A stretch of DNA of 64,000 nt. It comes from a virus. The DNA lies in the IMG/VR virus record IMGVR_UViG_3300044695_003767. The stretch is one strand, 5' to 3'. The position numbers and the translations under genes were made by a program. Each line of letters begins with the position of its first letter. Position 1 is the stretch's first letter. The notes under the pieces were generated by a model. The model had not been told where the DNA came from. It saw only the letters and a list, made by a program, of their open reading frames with translations, and searched no databases. This document shows, in pieces, positions 17,745 to 26,894 of the stretch.

Positions 17745-17991
17745 AGAACTAGAACAGGCAATAGAAAATAAGTTTTTAACTCCTTCCAAGTTTGCTCTTG
17801 AGATTGAAAAGATTGTAGCAGAAGAAAATTTTAACTATATTGATGCAATTTGTCACTATTGCGAAATCAATTGTCTTGAGGTAGAATCTGTTACAAAACT
17901 CATTTCAAAACCTTTGAAAGAGAAATTAAAGTGGGACGCAACCCGTCTTAACTTTATGAAACGAACTTCGAGAGCAAAACTTCCGTTATGA
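17731..17991 (+). CDS. gp33: Late promoter transcription coactivator
   Basis: F..EIE.IV....NYIDAI.HYCE, KLISKPLKEKLK.DA..LNF; lies before gp59. Confidence 0.85.
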   Translation: MEPNKELEQAIENKFLTPSKFALEIEKIVAEENFNYIDAICHYCEINCLEVESVTKLISKPLKEKLKWDATRLNFMKRTSRAKLPL

Positions 17992-18578
17992 GTCCCTTTG
18001 AGACGTATCAAACTTATCTTTCTATGAAAAGTCATTTTACTAACAGTAAATATGACTTTTTTAAGTATGGAGGCAAATCGAGAGCAACTGTCACTTCGTT
18101 CAATAAACGTAAAGACAAATACTGGTTTGAAAAAAGTTCAAGGAAATATTCAGATAAAGAAATAGTAGACTTTTTACTAGCAAATTTTGTATCTACAGAC
18201 AACCCACAAAACTTATGGATTGGAGAAATTATCAATTCTGGAGAAAGGACTTACGCAGATTGGATGCGGAGACAACAGAGTTTGACTTACTTGTTCAAAG
18301 AACAGTCAACGGAATTGTTCTCAGAGAACGAATTAGAAACTGTGTTCAATTGTTCCAAAGGTCACCCGATAGTTCTCAAAAGGTTTCTAAGCGGGAAATT
18401 ATCGCCAGAAACATTCGTAATCTACGACAAAATATTTTCAATCGTCAAAGATTTTGATAAAAAACTTCTGGATCCAGTGTGGGAAACCGTAAGTTTGAAA
18501 ATCAAGAAGTACAATCCATTTCTAAATATTGATGTATTCCAGTACAAGAAGATTTTAAGGGCAATCATAGATGAGTAA
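17988..18578 (+). CDS. gp59: Loader of DNA helicase
   Basis: YL.MK.HF...YDFFKY.GK, F.KRKDKY.FEK. Confidence 0.9.
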   Translation: MSPFETYQTYLSMKSHFTNSKYDFFKYGGKSRATVTSFNKRKDKYWFEKSSRKYSDKEIVDFLLANFVSTDNPQNLWIGEIINSGERTYADWMRRQQSLTYLFKEQSTELFSENELETVFNCSKGHPIVLKRFLSGKLSPETFVIYDKIFSIVKDFDKKLLDPVWETVSLKIKKYNPFLNIDVFQYKKILRAIIDE

Positions 18579-18903
18579 CTTTTTTGACTCCGATATTATT
18601 CAAGACGAACTGAAAGAAATCAATAAGTTACAAGAGGAGATTTACGGAAGTATTCTCACTTTTGGTATGATGACCCGTGAAGATAAACTGGAACATATTG
18701 AAAAACTACAAGTACTCCTTGAAAAGCAACGTGTAATGTACACACGTTTGTCTCTTTCCGATGACCCAGAAGCGGTTGAAATGAAAGAGAATCTTCGTAA
18801 ATCAGTTGCTTTGATGGGTTTCCCACCAGAGACTGATATGAGTATCTTGTTTAAGAGTATGGACAAAACAATCGAATCTTTAAAGCAGTTTGTTGACCGA
18901 TGA
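18571..18903 (+). CDS. DUF1825-like cyanobacterial/cyanophage protein
   Basis: FFDSDIIQ.E, EKQRVMYTRLSLSDDPEA. Confidence 0.7.
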   Translation: MSNFFDSDIIQDELKEINKLQEEIYGSILTFGMMTREDKLEHIEKLQVLLEKQRVMYTRLSLSDDPEAVEMKENLRKSVALMGFPPETDMSILFKSMDKTIESLKQFVDR

Positions 18904-18964
18904 GGTCATTCCTGCTATAATATCCGAGTAATCCCCCGAATCCAATTAATCCGAGGTAATCCAA
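18893..18964 (+). promoter_or_regulatory. Sigma70 promoter and ATCC-repeat leader of gp32
   Basis: TTGACC-N17-TATAAT, then five ATCC units at ~9-nt spacing before the ATG. Confidence 0.65.
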
Positions 18965-19888
18965 ATGTCTTTTGCTGACCTTAAGAAGCAATCTAAACTT
19001 GGCAATCTTACTGCCAAATTGGTTAAAGAAGTTGAAAAAATGAATACAAGCAGCGGTTCTTCTGATGACCGTCTGTGGAAACTGGATGTAGATAAGAGTG
19101 GCAATGGTTATGCCGTCATCCGTTTCCTCCCTGCTCCGAACGGTGAGGACCTTCCGTTCGTGAAACTCTACAGTCACGCATTCCAAGGTCCTGGTGGTTG
19201 GTATATTGAGAATTCTCTGACTACTCTCAATCAGAAAGATCCCGTGTCGGAACTGAACTCTGAACTGTGGAACAATGGTACTGATGCTGGCAAAGAACTG
19301 GCACGTAAGCAAAAACGTAAACTGACTTACGTTTCCAACATCTACGTTGTGAAGGATCCTGCTAACCCTTCCAACGAAGGTAAGGTCTTCCTGTACAAGT
19401 TTGGTAAGAAGATCTTCGACAAACTGACTGCTGCGATGCAACCTGAGTTTGAAGATGAAGAAGCAATCGATCCGTTTGACTTCTGGCAAGGTGCCAACTT
19501 TAAACTGAAGGCAAAGAACGTTGCTGGTTATCGCAACTATGATTCCAGTGAGTTTGCCGCACAAGGTGCTCTGCTGGACGATGATGATGCAATGGAAGCA
19601 ATCTGGAAGAAGCAATATTCTCTTGCTGAACTGGTTGCTGCTGATCAGTTCAAGTCTTATGATGAACTGAAGAAGCGTCTTGACTATGTGCTGGGTTCCA
19701 AAGGTTCCCGCCGTGTGGATGAAGAAGTTGCTGAAGAGGAAGAGTATTCCCGTGGTCCTGCGAAAGAATTGACTGAAGATCTTCGCAGTGAACTCAACAA
19801 TCTTCAACCCACCCGTCGTGCTGTTGCGGTTGAAGAAGATGAGGATGATGATGCCCTGTCCTACTTTGCCCGTCTTGCCGAAGAGTGA
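18965..19888 (+). CDS. gp32: Single-stranded DNA-binding protein
   Basis: GNGYAVIRFLPA, HAFQGPGGWYIENSLTT, FGKKIFDK, FDFWQGANFKLK, acidic tail. Confidence 0.97.
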   Translation: MSFADLKKQSKLGNLTAKLVKEVEKMNTSSGSSDDRLWKLDVDKSGNGYAVIRFLPAPNGEDLPFVKLYSHAFQGPGGWYIENSLTTLNQKDPVSELNSELWNNGTDAGKELARKQKRKLTYVSNIYVVKDPANPSNEGKVFLYKFGKKIFDKLTAAMQPEFEDEEAIDPFDFWQGANFKLKAKNVAGYRNYDSSEFAAQGALLDDDDAMEAIWKKQYSLAELVAADQFKSYDELKKRLDYVLGSKGSRRVDEEVAEEEEYSRGPAKELTEDLRSELNNLQPTRRAVAVEEDEDDDALSYFARLAEE

Positions 19889-20502
19889 AGTCAGATTACA
19901 CTATTAACCGTGTAAATAAGTCCGAAGCCGCAGAGTTACTTCTGCGGTTTCATTATCTTAAGGACTTTTCAAAAGGTTTTAAATCTGGGTATAACTACGG
20001 TCTTTATAAAAATAATGACTTCTGCCCATTGAATATTGGTGGTATTCAGGGAGTCTGTGTGTTTACAGGACTCCCTGTTCCTGAAATTGCTCAAGGTGCT
20101 TTTGGATTAGAAAGAAATGAACAACAAGGACTTTTTGAACTTTCCAGATTATGCATCCACCCAGACACACAATCTGGCGAACATAATATCACTTCTTGGT
20201 TTGTTTCAAGATCGATTAGACAGTTACGGAAGGATACTGAAGTTAAAGCAATCATCTCTTACGCTGATAGTGATTTCCATAATGGTACAATCTATCGTGC
20301 TTGTAACTTTAAATATTGCGGACTCACAGACCCAAAGAAAGATTTCTACTATGCAGACGGAACTAAACACTCTAGAGGCAAAATTAAAGGTGCTGCAGGA
20401 GAATGGAAAGAACGCTCCCGCAAGCACCGATATGTGATGATGTTTGATAAGAGTTTAGAACTCTTATGGCATAGTGATCCTGGTATTTTCAGTTCGGATT
20501 AA
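19885..20502 (+). CDS. Mom-like (GNAT-fold) DNA modification protein
   Basis: FHYL, ELSRLC, ISYADS..H.GTIYRACNF. Confidence 0.7.
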   Translation: MKSDYTINRVNKSEAAELLLRFHYLKDFSKGFKSGYNYGLYKNNDFCPLNIGGIQGVCVFTGLPVPEIAQGAFGLERNEQQGLFELSRLCIHPDTQSGEHNITSWFVSRSIRQLRKDTEVKAIISYADSDFHNGTIYRACNFKYCGLTDPKKDFYYADGTKHSRGKIKGAAGEWKERSRKHRYVMMFDKSLELLWHSDPGIFSSD

Positions 20503-21153
20503 AGATTCATCAACATATTGAGAAGAACGATCATAAATCATAATTTCTCTCATATCATTCAAGAATTGTTGTAGATATGATGGTTTAAGCAAATAAATTG
20601 AAGATTTTTCATCATTTTTTATAGATTCATATTCATAATTGCTTACACCAATAATTGGATTTGGTATTTTTATAACATTTGCACCTAAAATCGTACTATC
20701 ATTTGTATAGTATTCATTATTATAATAATACTGAATCTTAAAATCTAGAGGAACAACTTTTTTTGCTGGCAAAATTAATTTTCCATCTGGATCTTTTACC
20801 TCAACAGTTTCATAGTGGTGGATATCATTGAGTGCAGTTCCATACAGATTTTCTGCATACTTATAAAGTTGATAATTAGACAAAGGCCATTCATTACGAA
20901 CATTAATAATACCAGCAGTCATCAAAACTACCCAATCGAGTTCTGCATCCCCATAAAATTCTTCTGCAACAGTATCTGGTCTTGCACCGTCAACAATTTC
21001 ATATTTGTTAAAGATAGTAAAAACACCTTTTAAGTCGTCACGTAATTTATTTCTTCTGAATAAATTTTTAACCCTCAAATAACTTTGCGATGAAGTTTTA
21101 TCAGAAAGAAAGGATTGATAATCTAATTCTGGAAGTTCTCTAAAGTATCCCAT
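20464..21153 (-). CDS. gp53: Baseplate wedge subunit
   Basis: YF.ELP, RPDTVAEEFYGD..LDWVVL, EWPLS, IHHYET. Confidence 0.9.
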   Translation of the reverse strand: MGYFRELPELDYQSFLSDKTSSQSYLRVKNLFRRNKLRDDLKGVFTIFNKYEIVDGARPDTVAEEFYGDAELDWVVLMTAGIINVRNEWPLSNYQLYKYAENLYGTALNDIHHYETVEVKDPDGKLILPAKKVVPLDFKIQYYYNNEYYTNDSTILGANVIKIPNPIIGVSNYEYESIKNDEKSSIYLLKPSYLQQFLNDMREIMIYDRSSQYVDESLIRTENTRITMP

Positions 21154-21154
21154 T

Positions 21155-21994
21155 TTAGAATCCTACTCCATTTGCTGCCGAAGTATAGTCTCTATCATAA
21201 ATTGGTTCAATTTCCTTAAATCCTAAGTCCATATTGTAAGATATTGGGGATCCATCACTATATGTTGCATAAACACCCTCACCAGTATAATTGACAGACA
21301 TATCTGTTAAGAATGTTTGTTTAAACAAATGTAGATATGGGTGAATCTCATTTCCTTTTTTATAGGTTAATTGGAAAATATCTGGTGTTTTTAAAAATTT
21401 TTCAGAGGTTCCTGTTTTTGGTGCCATTGATTTTTTCAACGTATTTATTATTTCTCTAATATTCTTTGCTTCATCTGGATCTCTAGGAGTCATCTTAAAA
21501 GAAAATTTAAAAGATCTCAAAGTGACACCATTGAAGAGAAGTTCCATATTTGGGTTTATAATCTGTCCATCTTCTCTTGCAACAATTTGACCAAGACTTA
21601 GGTTTCCACCAAAAGGAATATTTGCTGCTTGTGCTGCTATAGATTGACCATATCTTTTTGCAACTTCTGGATCTGTAAACACATTAGTCAAGTTTGATAG
21701 TGTTTTACTAAGTTCTTCCCCTGCAGAAACACTATTGGGTCCATTACCTATATCGGGACTGATAGCATTATAGACTCCAGCAGTAAAACCATCTAAACTA
21801 TCATCAGAATAGGAGACACTATTACCATCCTGAATATTTGATGGTATGGGAAGTATGATCGTACCTATAATATTCTTTGCAACACTTTGAGCATTCCCAG
21901 TAATAGTTCCTTTCGGACGACTATAATCCAGAATTTGAATCTGCAAATAATCTGTAGTTCCTGATATAATTTCTGCAGGATATCTAAGTGCCAT
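21155..21994 (-). CDS. gp48: Baseplate tail-tube cap
   Basis: I.LPIP.NIQD, NPNMELLFNGVTLRSF.F.F...P, F.E.EPI. Confidence 0.85.
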   Translation of the reverse strand: MALRYPAEIISGTTDYLQIQILDYSRPKGTITGNAQSVAKNIIGTIILPIPSNIQDGNSVSYSDDSLDGFTAGVYNAISPDIGNGPNSVSAGEELSKTLSNLTNVFTDPEVAKRYGQSIAAQAANIPFGGNLSLGQIVAREDGQIINPNMELLFNGVTLRSFKFSFKMTPRDPDEAKNIREIINTLKKSMAPKTGTSEKFLKTPDIFQLTYKKGNEIHPYLHLFKQTFLTDMSVNYTGEGVYATYSDGSPISYNMDLGFKEIEPIYDRDYTSAANGVGF

Positions 21995-22008
21995 TTATCC
22001 TTTTCTAA

Positions 22009-22419
22009 CTATTTAGAAGGATTTTCCGAAAGATCTGCATATGGAAGTCTCTGTATATCCGTTAATTCTTCTTTTTGAACTTCATAAAGATCTCCGACTA
22101 TTTCTTCCCAAGTATATTGTCGAGATTCTCCCCAATGAAAATTAATTCCTGTAAATCCCCAATTAAAAACTTTGGTGACACCAACTAATGGATACATATC
22201 ATAACTTAAACCAGGTGTTTTAGCGATGTAAGTAAATGTATAAATGCTGTTTGGTTGTACCTGAACTTTTTTAATAACTGGTAAAATATTTTTAATTTCA
22301 TTCATTAAATTATCTGGTTTTTCAATACCAATTAAACTATCAACCAATTCACGGAGTTGATTAGTCTTATCATCGGTTGGATTTTGCTCTCTTCTTTCTT
22401 TAAGAGTTTTTCTTGGCAT
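22009..22419 (-). CDS. gp2-like DNA end protector (short form)
   Basis: YTFTY.AKT...YD.YPLV...GF.GINFHW; located between gp48 and gp4. Confidence 0.55.
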   Translation of the reverse strand: MPRKTLKERREQNPTDDKTNQLRELVDSLIGIEKPDNLMNEIKNILPVIKKVQVQPNSIYTFTYIAKTPGLSYDMYPLVGVTKVFNWGFTGINFHWGESRQYTWEEIVGDLYEVQKEELTDIQRLPYADLSENPSK

Positions 22420-22856
22420 TACTTAATACCTAATTCGTTTTCTGTTAGGATTTTAAATTCATAACCACGATCAAGACACCATTCTTTTGCTGCTTTCCAT
22501 TTTGCCTGATTTTTAGCATATTCAACCACTTCGTAGATGTAACCCTTAGTTTTTCTTTTTGGAACTTTTGGCTCTATTGTTTGTCTTTGTGGTTTGATCT
22601 CAATAATATATTTTTTAACTTGACCAGTAGATTCCTTTACTTTGATATAAAAGTCTGGAAAATATCTGTGAATGCGATTATCTACTGGTGAACGGTAGGG
22701 TAATGCTAATTCTTCACTTCCCCATTCAATGATATTTTCATTGAGATCACAATAGACCATAAACTTTCTTTCCCACAATGATCTATAAATGATGTTTGTT
22801 GGGTCACCTTTGTATTTTTTAGGATAAGAAGGTTGGAATCTTCCTTTATATGACAT
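22419..22856 (-). CDS. gp4: Head completion nuclease
   Basis: KYKGDPTNIIYRSLWE, HRYFPDF, EIKP..QT, NQAKW.AA. Confidence 0.93.
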   Translation of the reverse strand: MSYKGRFQPSYPKKYKGDPTNIIYRSLWERKFMVYCDLNENIIEWGSEELALPYRSPVDNRIHRYFPDFYIKVKESTGQVKKYIIEIKPQRQTIEPKVPKRKTKGYIYEVVEYAKNQAKWKAAKEWCLDRGYEFKILTENELGIK

Positions 22857-22896
22857 CTAAATACTTAATAATATAAGTCTCGTATAAGGTATTTAG
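22857..22896. promoter_or_regulatory. Pair of crossed late promoters for divergent genes
   Basis: CTAAATA on + (22857) and on - (22890-22896) in the 41-bp gap between gp4 and the gp54-like gene. Confidence 0.6.
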
Positions 22897-22897
22897 A

Positions 22898-23797
22898 GTG
22901 GCAAATTCTCTTGTCCAGAAACTTACAATGTCCGAGATGAAAGAACGGATAGGTAATCTCGCTCAAACTAATTATTACTATGTTGAACTTGGTATATCTA
23001 ACGAATTACAAAATCATTTCAAGACCAGTTATGGTGGCGAACTAACTGATATTGGTAGATTCGTGAATAGATTGGGTTATTTGTGCTCAGAAGCTTCTCT
23101 ACCAACAACTTCATATGCAACCGCAGAAGTTAAAGATAATTTTATGGGAGTAACGCAAGAATTTGCTCATACTAGATTATATACTGATATTGATTTAACT
23201 TTTTATGTGGATGCTGAATATAATGTTTTAAGATTTTTTGAGGGGTGGATGGATTATATTGCTGGTGGAAATAAACCAAAAGAAGAACCTGCTGCTTCTT
23301 CTTATCCCAGTGGTCTTAGTGGAAGCATTTATAGAAGATTTAATTATCCAAAATTTTACAAAATGAATACAATGAAAATTTATAAATTTGAGAGAGATTA
23401 TAAAAAACAATTAGAATATACTTTTATAAATGCATTTCCAAAGTCACTTTCAACTGTTGCAGTTTCTTATGGTCCAGCAGATATATTAAAAGCCACAGTT
23501 ACCTTTAATTTTGATAGATATCTTGTTCAAAGATCTGATATGTATCAAGAACCTGAAGATACTAGTAAAATTCAAAATCCAACTTCAGGAAATTCTGCAT
23601 CAAATGCAGGTTTACCAGCAGATCCAAAACTACAACTTCAATTGAGTCAGTCTTCTGGATCAAGAAGTAGTTTGAGACAAGATATTTTTGAAATACAACA
23701 ATCAACATTAGCTTCAATTTTAAGGCAGCAGGGATATAATGCAGTATCTGGAGGTCCGACAGGAGTAACTGTAAACGGCCTTCCATTATATCAATAA
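22898..23797 (+). CDS. Tail-tube-like baseplate protein (gp54/gp19 fold)
   Basis: LCSEASLP, AHTRLY..IDLTFYVD, FFEGWMDYI, NAFPKS. Confidence 0.75.
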   Translation: MANSLVQKLTMSEMKERIGNLAQTNYYYVELGISNELQNHFKTSYGGELTDIGRFVNRLGYLCSEASLPTTSYATAEVKDNFMGVTQEFAHTRLYTDIDLTFYVDAEYNVLRFFEGWMDYIAGGNKPKEEPAASSYPSGLSGSIYRRFNYPKFYKMNTMKIYKFERDYKKQLEYTFINAFPKSLSTVAVSYGPADILKATVTFNFDRYLVQRSDMYQEPEDTSKIQNPTSGNSASNAGLPADPKLQLQLSQSSGSRSSLRQDIFEIQQSTLASILRQQGYNAVSGGPTGVTVNGLPLYQ

Positions 23798-23827
23798 ATA
23801 ATTAAAACTGAATTGTATTAAGGGATT

Positions 23828-24550
23828 ATGCCTTTACCAAAAATTAATACTCCAGCTTATGAGTTGGAACTACCTTCGACTGGTAAAAAAATTAAATATC
23901 GTCCTTTCCTAGTCCGAGAAGAAAAAATCTTACTGATGGCACTAGAATCTGAAGATATGAAGCAGATTACTGATGCAGTAGTTCAAATTTTATCAGATTG
24001 TCTACTTACAAAAACAGTTAAGGTTTCAGACCTTTCTACATTTGATATTGAATATTTGTTCTTAAATGTTCGTTCCAGATCAGTTGGAGAAACTGTTGAA
24101 GTAAATGTTACTTGTCCTGATGATGGTGAAACTCAGGTCACGATGGAAATTGATTTAGATACAATTAAAGTTCAAAAAAATAAAGACCATAATAGCATTA
24201 TTAAATTAGATGATAATCTTTCAATGAAACTCAAGTATCCATCTCTTGAGCAATTTATTGATAATAACTTTGAGACTAGTGAAGATATGAGCAACGTCGA
24301 TAAGTCTCTTGAGTTAGTAACTTCTTGTATTGATATTATCTATGATTCTGAAGAAAGTTGGCGTGCTGCAGATTGCACAAAGAAAGAACTTGAAGAATTT
24401 CTTGAGCAATTGAATACAAAGCAGTTTAAAGAAATTGAAACTTTCTTTACGACAATGCCAAAATTGAGTCATACAATTAAGGTTAAGAATCCAAATACAA
24501 AAGTCGAATCTGAGGTTGTCCTGGAGGGCCTAGCAAGTTTTTTCAGTTGA
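23828..24550 (+). CDS. gp26: Baseplate hub subunit
   Basis: MPLPKI..P.Y.L.LPS, YRPFLVREEK.LL.A, FDIEYLFL..R..SVGE. Confidence 0.92.
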   Translation: MPLPKINTPAYELELPSTGKKIKYRPFLVREEKILLMALESEDMKQITDAVVQILSDCLLTKTVKVSDLSTFDIEYLFLNVRSRSVGETVEVNVTCPDDGETQVTMEIDLDTIKVQKNKDHNSIIKLDDNLSMKLKYPSLEQFIDNNFETSEDMSNVDKSLELVTSCIDIIYDSEESWRAADCTKKELEEFLEQLNTKQFKEIETFFTTMPKLSHTIKVKNPNTKVESEVVLEGLASFFS

Positions 24551-24552
24551 GT

Positions 24553-24732
24553 ATGGCTCATACTAATCTTGAGTCATACTACAAGATTAATTTTGCTTTG
24601 ATGCAGCACCATAAATATTCACTAACAGAGCTTGAAAATATGATTCCCTGGGAAAGGGATATTTATATTGCTTTATTAGAACAATTTATTGAAGCAGAAA
24701 ATCTAAAGGCACAACAACGTAGTGGAATTTAA
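24553..24732 (+). CDS. gp51: Baseplate hub assembly catalyst
   Basis: YYKINFALMQHHKYSLTELENMIPWER.IY. Confidence 0.88.
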   Translation: MAHTNLESYYKINFALMQHHKYSLTELENMIPWERDIYIALLEQFIEAENLKAQQRSGI

Positions 24733-26893
24733 TCAGAGTTTTAAAGCACCATCGATACCAAAATTGAGTAAGAAGAATATTTCTTCTTCGGTTCTTCGTG
24801 TGTCTTCTGCGGCCTCTTCTTCTTCCAACACATTAGAATCAAAATCAAAAATTACAAAATTTTCTTTTAGACCATTTTCGTCAAAGTTAAATGAAAAAAT
24901 TGAAACTATAAATCAACCAATATCTGAAGCACTTAAACCTACTGAGCAAAGTAAAAATAATAATTCTGATGTACAAGGAGCACTTGTAGAGACAAATAGA
25001 ATTCTTGTTGAGATACAGAAACAACTTGCTCTTGATTTTGCAATGCGAATTGCAGAAGAAAAGCAATCTCTTAAAAAAATAAAAGCATCAGAGGCAAAAA
25101 GAAAAGTCTTTGATAAAGAAAAATTTGTAGAAGGTGGAAAAAAATTAGTAGATACTGGAAAAAATATAGTTAATAAACTTACTCAACCAGTAAAGAGTAT
25201 TTTTGATAAAATTAAAGAATTTTTTGGATTAATTTTAACTAAAGTACTTTTAGGAGAAGCATTTAAGTGGTTACGAGATCCTAATAATAGAAAATTATTA
25301 GATGGAATTTTTTATTGGATAGGAAAAGCATTTATTCCTGCCGTCATTGCAATTATTGGTTACAAAGTTTTTAAGTGGGTAAAAAGACTTTGGATGATTG
25401 GAAAATTCCTTTGGAAACTTCCTGGAAGATTAATAGGAGTTATAGGAAAATTACTTACTGCTTTGGGTTTAAAAGGTGCTCCAGCAGCAACTTCTGCAGC
25501 TAGTGCAGCAACGTCTGCAGCAGTAAAGGCAAGTACCTCATCAGCATATGCAGCAACAAAGGCAGGAAAAGCATATGCTGGAATGCAGGCACAAAGAAAC
25601 TTACCTAAATGGGCACAAAAGGCAGCAGGTGGAAGTGCTAGTAGATTTGCAGCATCTAATGAAAGAATTATTCAGGGCACAGCAAATCTAGGAGATAAAT
25701 TAAGAGTTGGCTCTAGAATGAAGGGGATGCCTGGCATTGGTCAGATTGCAGAAGGTTTTAGTGGTGGTGTAAAGGGAATTTTTGGTAAAGCTGGTGGTGC
25801 AATAAGTGGATTTGGTGATTCAATAACTACAAAATTTGTTTCACCAATTATTGATGTTGTACTACCAAAAGTTCCACCTAAAGTTAGACAAAAAGTTGCT
25901 GGTGCAGTGGCATCAAAAGGATTAAAAAGATTTCTTCCTTTTGTCAATACATTATTTGGAACTGTAGAAGGTGCCTCACGATTATTTAAGGGAGATATTG
26001 AAGGTGCATTAATATCATTTGCTTCTGCTATTCCAGTTGTTGGATGGGGTGCCCTGGCATTAGACATTTATAGGTCTGTTGATCCGGAGGGATATAAAAA
26101 GAATATAAGAATGGGAATGACCACAGAAGATATGAATGCTGCTATTTCTCAGGGATTTGGTAGTATCGGTACAGGTATGTCTGCTGCAGGAATGGCAACA
26201 GGTGGTACAGTTCCTGGATCTGGATCTGGAAAGGTTGATAGTGTAAAAACTATGCTTGCCCCTGGAGAAGAAGTTATTAATACGTCTTCTGCAATGTTAT
26301 TCAGACCCTTGCTAAAAGATATTAATGACAATTCTGGAAGATTGTGGACTACCTTTAGTAAGGCAGTTCGTAAATTATCTGCAACTTCAGAATATCAAAA
26401 AGATGTATCTGAAGAGTATTCTAAGGTTATTGATGAATTTAATGAAAATATTAAAAAGTCAATTGATAAAAAGAAGAAACCAAGACCAAATCCAAACCCA
26501 AGTCCACCAGTAACGACAACTCCCCCTCCTACCCCATCTTTACCTCCACCAGCAACTCCAACTACATCTATTCCAGAAAAAGATAAAGAAAAGAAAGATG
26601 ATAAACCAGCAGCTTTATCTGGTGGATCAATAACACCAGTGCAACCAAAGGATCAACCTGGGGCAAGTGTGACACCTGGTGGAGGATCTTCAATGTCTGG
26701 TGTCATACCACCAGATACATCTGGTGCTGGTGGTATGAATTTCTTACAAATGAATTTACCTGATGCTGGTGGAGTTCCTAGAATTCCTCAACCACCATCA
26801 CAAGCAACTGATGTTTCTGTTATAGCACCATTTAATCCTATAAATCCATATATGAATGTTACTCCTGGATGGTATGGAATTCATATGAGATAA
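24722..26893 (+). CDS. Baseplate hub/tape-measure-like virion protein
   Basis: Coiled-coil and Ala/Gly-rich helices, GG.VPG.G....DSV..ML.PGE.V motif, Pro-rich tail. Confidence 0.55.
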   Translation: MEFNQSFKAPSIPKLSKKNISSSVLRVSSAASSSSNTLESKSKITKFSFRPFSSKLNEKIETINQPISEALKPTEQSKNNNSDVQGALVETNRILVEIQKQLALDFAMRIAEEKQSLKKIKASEAKRKVFDKEKFVEGGKKLVDTGKNIVNKLTQPVKSIFDKIKEFFGLILTKVLLGEAFKWLRDPNNRKLLDGIFYWIGKAFIPAVIAIIGYKVFKWVKRLWMIGKFLWKLPGRLIGVIGKLLTALGLKGAPAATSAASAATSAAVKASTSSAYAATKAGKAYAGMQAQRNLPKWAQKAAGGSASRFAASNERIIQGTANLGDKLRVGSRMKGMPGIGQIAEGFSGGVKGIFGKAGGAISGFGDSITTKFVSPIIDVVLPKVPPKVRQKVAGAVASKGLKRFLPFVNTLFGTVEGASRLFKGDIEGALISFASAIPVVGWGALALDIYRSVDPEGYKKNIRMGMTTEDMNAAISQGFGSIGTGMSAAGMATGGTVPGSGSGKVDSVKTMLAPGEEVINTSSAMLFRPLLKDINDNSGRLWTTFSKAVRKLSATSEYQKDVSEEYSKVIDEFNENIKKSIDKKKKPRPNPNPSPPVTTTPPPTPSLPPPATPTTSIPEKDKEKKDDKPAALSGGSITPVQPKDQPGASVTPGGGSSMSGVIPPDTSGAGGMNFLQMNLPDAGGVPRIPQPPSQATDVSVIAPFNPINPYMNVTPGWYGIHMR

Positions 26894-26894
26894 T

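Noticed and set aside
18851-19807. 318-aa antisense ORF
   Set aside because: Shadow of gp32 caused by codon bias; no recognisable motifs
22419-22856. TnsA-like endonuclease suggesting a transposon
   Set aside because: Motifs and position identify the T4 gp4 head-completion protein
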